Shown: piece after piece, positions 59,925-64,000 of the stretch
Numbering within the stretch: the first letter of the stretch is position 1
Layout: every line of letters begins with the position of its first letter
Source of the DNA: Macrostomum hystrix
Taxonomy: Eukaryota > Animalia > Platyhelminthes
NCBI GenBank assembly: GCA_950097015.1
Contig: CATNEN010000024.1
Location: 496,001 to 560,000 of the forward strand
Direction of reading: 5' to 3'
DNA: 64,000 nucleotides
Translations under genes and position numbers: made by a program
The notes under the pieces: model-generated
Database searches by the model: none
Told to the model about the DNA's origin: nothing
What the model saw: only the letters and a program-made list of their open reading frames with translations

Positions 59925-60150
59925 ATGCTATCGCTATAGCGTTGCTATGTCATTACTATGCCGTTGCTATGCTGTTGCTATGTCATTACTATGCCGTCGC
60001 TATGCCGTTGCTATACCGTTGCTATGCTGTTGCTATGTCATTACTATGCCGTCGCTATGCCGTTGCTATACCGTTGCTATGCTGTTGCTATGTCATTACT
60101 ATGCCGTTGCTATGCTGTTGCTATGCCGTTGCTATGCTGTTGCTATGTCT
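59925..60150. repeat. 11-bp-based degenerate repeat (GCCGTTGCTAT) 3' of the K2P stop codon
   Basis: Tandem. Confidence 0.85.
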
Positions 60151-60203
60151 GTACTATGCGTTTTTAATTTTTTATTAACTGAAGCTGCCAGGTTCTCTTA
60201 ACT

Positions 60204-61096
60204 TCATCCATCGTCCAGGAGTCCAATCTTGCGGCCAAACGACTTCACCTTCTCTTTAGCCTCCTCCTGCATCAGCTGGAAGCACATAGCAATCATGGCC
60301 AGCCCGAACAACAGGTAGAGGCCGCAGGTAATTGGCTTGGCCTCGTCGGTCCAGGAGGACTCCTGCATGCCGGGCACATAGTCGCCAAGCCCGATGGTGG
60401 TCAGCGTGATGAATACAAAGTAGACGGACTCCAGGAAGCTCCAGCGCTCCCAGGAGTGAAACAGCACAGCCCCGGTGAGGATGTAGATGCAGAACACTGT
60501 CAGGGTCAGCCACACTGGCACCCGGATGGCCTCGCTGAGATCCTCAACGCTGCTAACTGGCGAGGAGGCAGCGTAGGAGCTCGCCATGGCATGGCCGGGC
60601 CCGAGCGAGCTGGGTGGCAGGACGCAGAGGTCCAACGTCTGGCCAGTGCTCGGATCTGCCAGCTGGAAGATTCGCCGATGCGACAGCAACTGCGGCGGCG
60701 ATCCGCTGGCGGGGGCGTGGCGTCCGGCCGTTGTCGACTGGCCGCTGCGTCCGCTGCTGCCGGCACCGCCGCTGCGTCTGGCCGCCGCGGCGCTGCGATT
60801 GCTCCGCCTGGACCTGTAGCGGCTGGAGATCGGCATGATCTCAGACAGCTGGTCGAAGGCGCGCACCCGGCCGCGCCGACTGCGACTGCTGATGGCCTCG
60901 TGGTGTCGGGCCAGACGGCGCATCCGCCGTCGTCGCCAGAGGCGCAGGCAGCAGTGCTGGTAGCACAGGCGGAATATGTCGGCCAGGAAGGAGCCGAGGT
61001 TGTGCAGGCAAAGCAGCATCAGCGGAATGCCCACCATGGCGTACAGGATGGTGCAGATGCGGCCGGCCACCGTCTTGGGAGCCACGTGACCGTAGC
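60204..61096 (-). CDS. Two-pore-domain K+ channel (K2P/KCNK), terminal exon: end of P1, M2, long loop, M3, P2, M4
   Basis: G|GYGHVAPKT (P1), ILYAMVGIPLML, FITLTTIGLGDYVPG (P2), LFGLAMIAMC; CTTCAG acceptor; upstream exons not found in the window. Confidence 0.92.
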
Positions 61097-61147
61097 CTGA
61101 AGTGAGGGTGGCAACCAAACTAATTCCTTGGCTCTATGCGTTATGCT

Positions 61148-61378
61148 TTTACAGCTGGTTGATCCGATTTGGGGCGCAGCCGCGGAGAGAAGGATTGGGG
61201 GGCTTGTCGTGCAGTTTGCGCCCTTGAGGGCCAACCTCCAAAGAAAAGGGAGAGTGTGTACACTGCCTGACGATGAGAGAGTCAGGGCAGATGTACACAC
61301 CTGTGTGAGCGTGTGCCTGCGTACAGTATCTGTGTGTGTGTGTGCTCAGGAGTCAGCGAAATGGGCAGAATCACCAAA
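61148..61378 (+). mobile_element. SINE family B, 5'-truncated copy
   Basis: Matches 40575-40775; lacks the tRNA head. Confidence 0.78.
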
Positions 61379-61427
61379 TGATGATGATTATTAACTCGGA
61401 GTGCTTGGATAGTAAGAATAATTGGGC

Positions 61428-61502
61428 CCGATGTGCAGCCGACAGCACAGCCGCAGCTATTGCGCGGGTCATCTGAAGGCAGCGTACGGCTGTTCAGTCC
61501 AT
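61428..61502 (-). mobile_element. SINE family A 3' fragment
   Basis: GATGTGCAGCCGACAGCACAGCCGCAGCTATTGCGCGG...GGCTGTTCAGTCCA matches the family A tail. Confidence 0.8.
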
Positions 61503-61961
61503 TAGTAATACTTATACTAATACTAAGTACGTCAGTTTATGCTGCTAAATAGATCAGGTATAATTTAGCGTCAATTACGCCAGTTCCTCTCCCTACCCGT
61601 AAAGCGAACCGCGTGAAAATCTCGCGCAGGACTGGCAGTTCCAAACAAGCAATGCAAAACGTCAGGGGGGTATAGCTTGCACTTCATCTCTGCTTGAATG
61701 GAAGTGTGAAAAGCAGTGGTCGCAGCTAAGTTTATATTTCTGACAGTAAGATTAGCCTTAATTAATACTGAACTAAACGTTAAGATCTTGTAGGGAGATT
61801 TTCTGCTGTGAATGTACAGTGGAGCCCATAACCAAATCACCGATGATTTTCTTGACCTTTGGTCTGGCACTAATTAAAGCTTTTTTGCTAACGCTTTACC
61901 ATGCAATGGACAGAAATTGCTAAAAAGGCGTTGAAATTTCTTGGCAACGAAAAGGCAACGA

Positions 61962-63350
61962 GGCAGTAGAAAAGACAGGAGGAGAGGCAGTAGAAAAGAC
62001 AGGAGGAGAGGCAGTAGAAAAGACAGGAGGAGAGGCAGTAGAAAAGACAGGAGGAGAGGGAGGAGAAAAGACAGGAGGAGAGGGAGGAGAAAAGACAGGA
62101 GGAGAGGGAGGAGAAAAGACAGGAGGAGAGGGAGGAGAAAAGACAGGAGGAGAGGGAGTAGAAAAGACAGGAGGAGAGGGAGTAGAAGAGACAGGAGAAG
62201 AGGGAGGAGAAAAGACAGGAGGAGAGGGAGGAGAAAAGACAGGAGGAGAGGGAGGAGAAAAGACAGGAGGAGAGGGAGGAGAAAAGACAGGAGGAGAGGG
62301 AGGAGAAAAGACAGGAGGAGAGGGAGTAGAAGAGACAGGAGAAGAGGGAGGAGAAAAGACAGGAGGAGAGGGAGGAGAAAAGACAGGAGGAGAGGGAGGA
62401 GAAAAGACAGGAGGAGAGGGAGGAGAAAAGACAGGAGGAGAGGGAGGAGAAAAGACAGGAGGAGAGGGAGTAGAAAAGACAGGAGGAGAGGGAGGAGAAA
62501 AGACAGGAGGAGAGGGAGTAGAAAAGACAGGAGGAGAGGGAGGAGAAAAGACAGGAGGAGAGGGAGGAGAAAAGACAGGAGGAGAAGGAGGAGAAAAGAC
62601 AGGAGGAGAGGGAGTAGAAGAGACAGGAGAAGAGGGAGGAGAAGAGACAGGAGAAGAGGGAGGAGAATAGACAGGAGGAGAGGGAGGAGAAAAGACAGGA
62701 GGAGAGGGAGGAGAAAAGACAGGAGGAGAGGGAGGAGAAAAGACAGGAGGAGAGGGAGGAGAAAAGACAGGAGGAGAAGGAGGAGAAAAGACAGGAGGAG
62801 AGGGAGTAGAAGAGACAGGAGAAGAGGGAGGAGAAGAGACAGGAGAAGAGGGAGGAGAATAGACAGGAGGAGAGGGAGGAGAAAAGACAGGAGGAGAGGG
62901 AGGAGAAAAGACAGGAGGAGAGGGAGGAGAAAAGACAGGAGGAGAGCGAGGAGAAAAGACAGGAGGAGAGGGAGTAGAAAAGACAGGAGGAGAGGGAGTA
63001 GAAGAGACAGGAGGAGAGGGAGGAGAAAAGACAGGAGGAGAGGGAGGAGAAAAGACAGGAGGAGAGGGAGGAGAAAAGACAGGAGGAGAGGGAGGAGAAA
63101 AGACAGGAGGAGAGGGAGGAGAAAAGACAGGAGGAGAGGGAGTAGAAAAGACAGGAGGAGAGGGAGTAGAAGAGACAGGAGAAGAGGGAGGAGAAGAGAC
63201 AGGAGAAGAGGGAGGAGAATAGACAGGAAGAGAGGGAGGATAAAAGACAGGAGGAGAGGGAGGAGAAAAGACAGGAGAAGGGGGAGGAGAAAAGACAGGA
63301 AGAGAGGGAGGATAAAAGACAGGAGGAGAGGGAGTAGAAGAGACAGGAGA
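61962..63350. repeat. 24-bp purine-rich minisatellite (AGGAGAAAAGACAGGAGGAGAGGG), ~58 copies
   Basis: Tandem; source of ~490-aa spurious ORFs on both strands. Confidence 0.96.
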
Positions 63351-63929
63351 AAATATCTTATGGACGTGGACAATCAAATCAGAGTTTTTCAATCACCAAC
63401 AACAGCATCAGAAACGGCACTCTATTAGTTACTCTTATACTCGTAGTAGTTCTATTAATGTACTTGTATAGATCGAGATGAAAGTTGCATTTTAAAAGCA
63501 GGGTCGGGCCCACCTCTTTGGAGACTAAACGGGGGTACCCAGCAGAACAGGGAAAAGCTATTAGCCTAGTTCTTTATCGGCTTATCCACCATTTTTCGTC
63601 TCCGAGCCGAAAATGGTTTGAAAGCTGAAATCAAATAGTGCCCGAGGAAGAATTCGGAATCTGGGCTTTTTTTCCTCAATTTGCGCATTAAACTAGATTT
63701 TCTGTCGATTTTTTTCGACAAAACATTTCCGTGCTTTGTCGACTTTCGAAACTTTGCTGGTCGTCACATCCTGCTTTGGTGAGGGTTTCTTGGAATTTTC
63801 AATTAAAATTTTGGTGGCTTTGTTGTTTTTTGTGTTCAGTTCATTGGACATTCTGATATGGATATAATGATTAGGATATTCTAAAGTTAAGTTTTTGTGT
63901 TTCATAGTGTTTTTCGTGGGTTTATAAAG

Positions 63930-64000
63930 GTTTAAGTGGCATTCATGGAGGTTTAAGCGCGTTTCATTGAGATTTAAGCGGGTTTCATGGAGGTTTAAGT
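63930..64000. repeat. Start of a ~21-bp tandem repeat (CATGGAGGTTTAAGCGCGTTT), truncated by the window edge
   Basis: About 3 degenerate copies. Confidence 0.6.

Noticed and set aside
61874-63428. ~490-aa RGRRKDRR, SPPVF and LLLSFLLP ORFs
   Set aside because: A 24-bp purine/pyrimidine-skewed repeat lacks stops in several frames; open on both strands at once indicates an artefact.
61571-63905. Short ORFs as upstream K2P exons
   Set aside because: No M1, cap or P1 (TTIG) similarity; the upstream exons probably lie beyond the window.

Overview
Eukaryotic (metazoan) genomic DNA, not prokaryotic: spliced genes with GT-AG introns, tRNA-derived SINEs and dense minisatellites. GC-rich exons in repeat-filled introns suggest a free-living flatworm such as Macrostomum (inference only). 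1-16.1 kb: an array of 16 tRNA-Arg(ACG) genes (15 intact, 1 degenerate, plus one 15-nt remnant) in mostly alternating orientation, inside a ~2.1 kb inverted repeat pair, with a 3.5 kb 23-bp satellite and a decayed non-LTR RT. 18.4-28.5 kb: a 4-exon CD20/MS4A-like membrane protein gene whose first intron holds two Helitrons 3 bp apart, each with a PIF1 C-terminal ORF and a nested hAT MITE. 35.5-39.1 kb (-): a Dmrt gene with two intact DM domains joined by phase-compatible splicing. 46.0-48.9 kb (-): a 7-exon LMTK/AATK-like probable pseudokinase, head-to-head with a 6-exon ceramide kinase (50.6-56.6 kb, +). 60.2-61.1 kb (-): the last exon of a K2P channel. There are two SINE families (one with a CORE-like domain) and about 30 tandem arrays. 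Exon and element boundaries were read by eye. Identities are visual estimates, and no database search was run.
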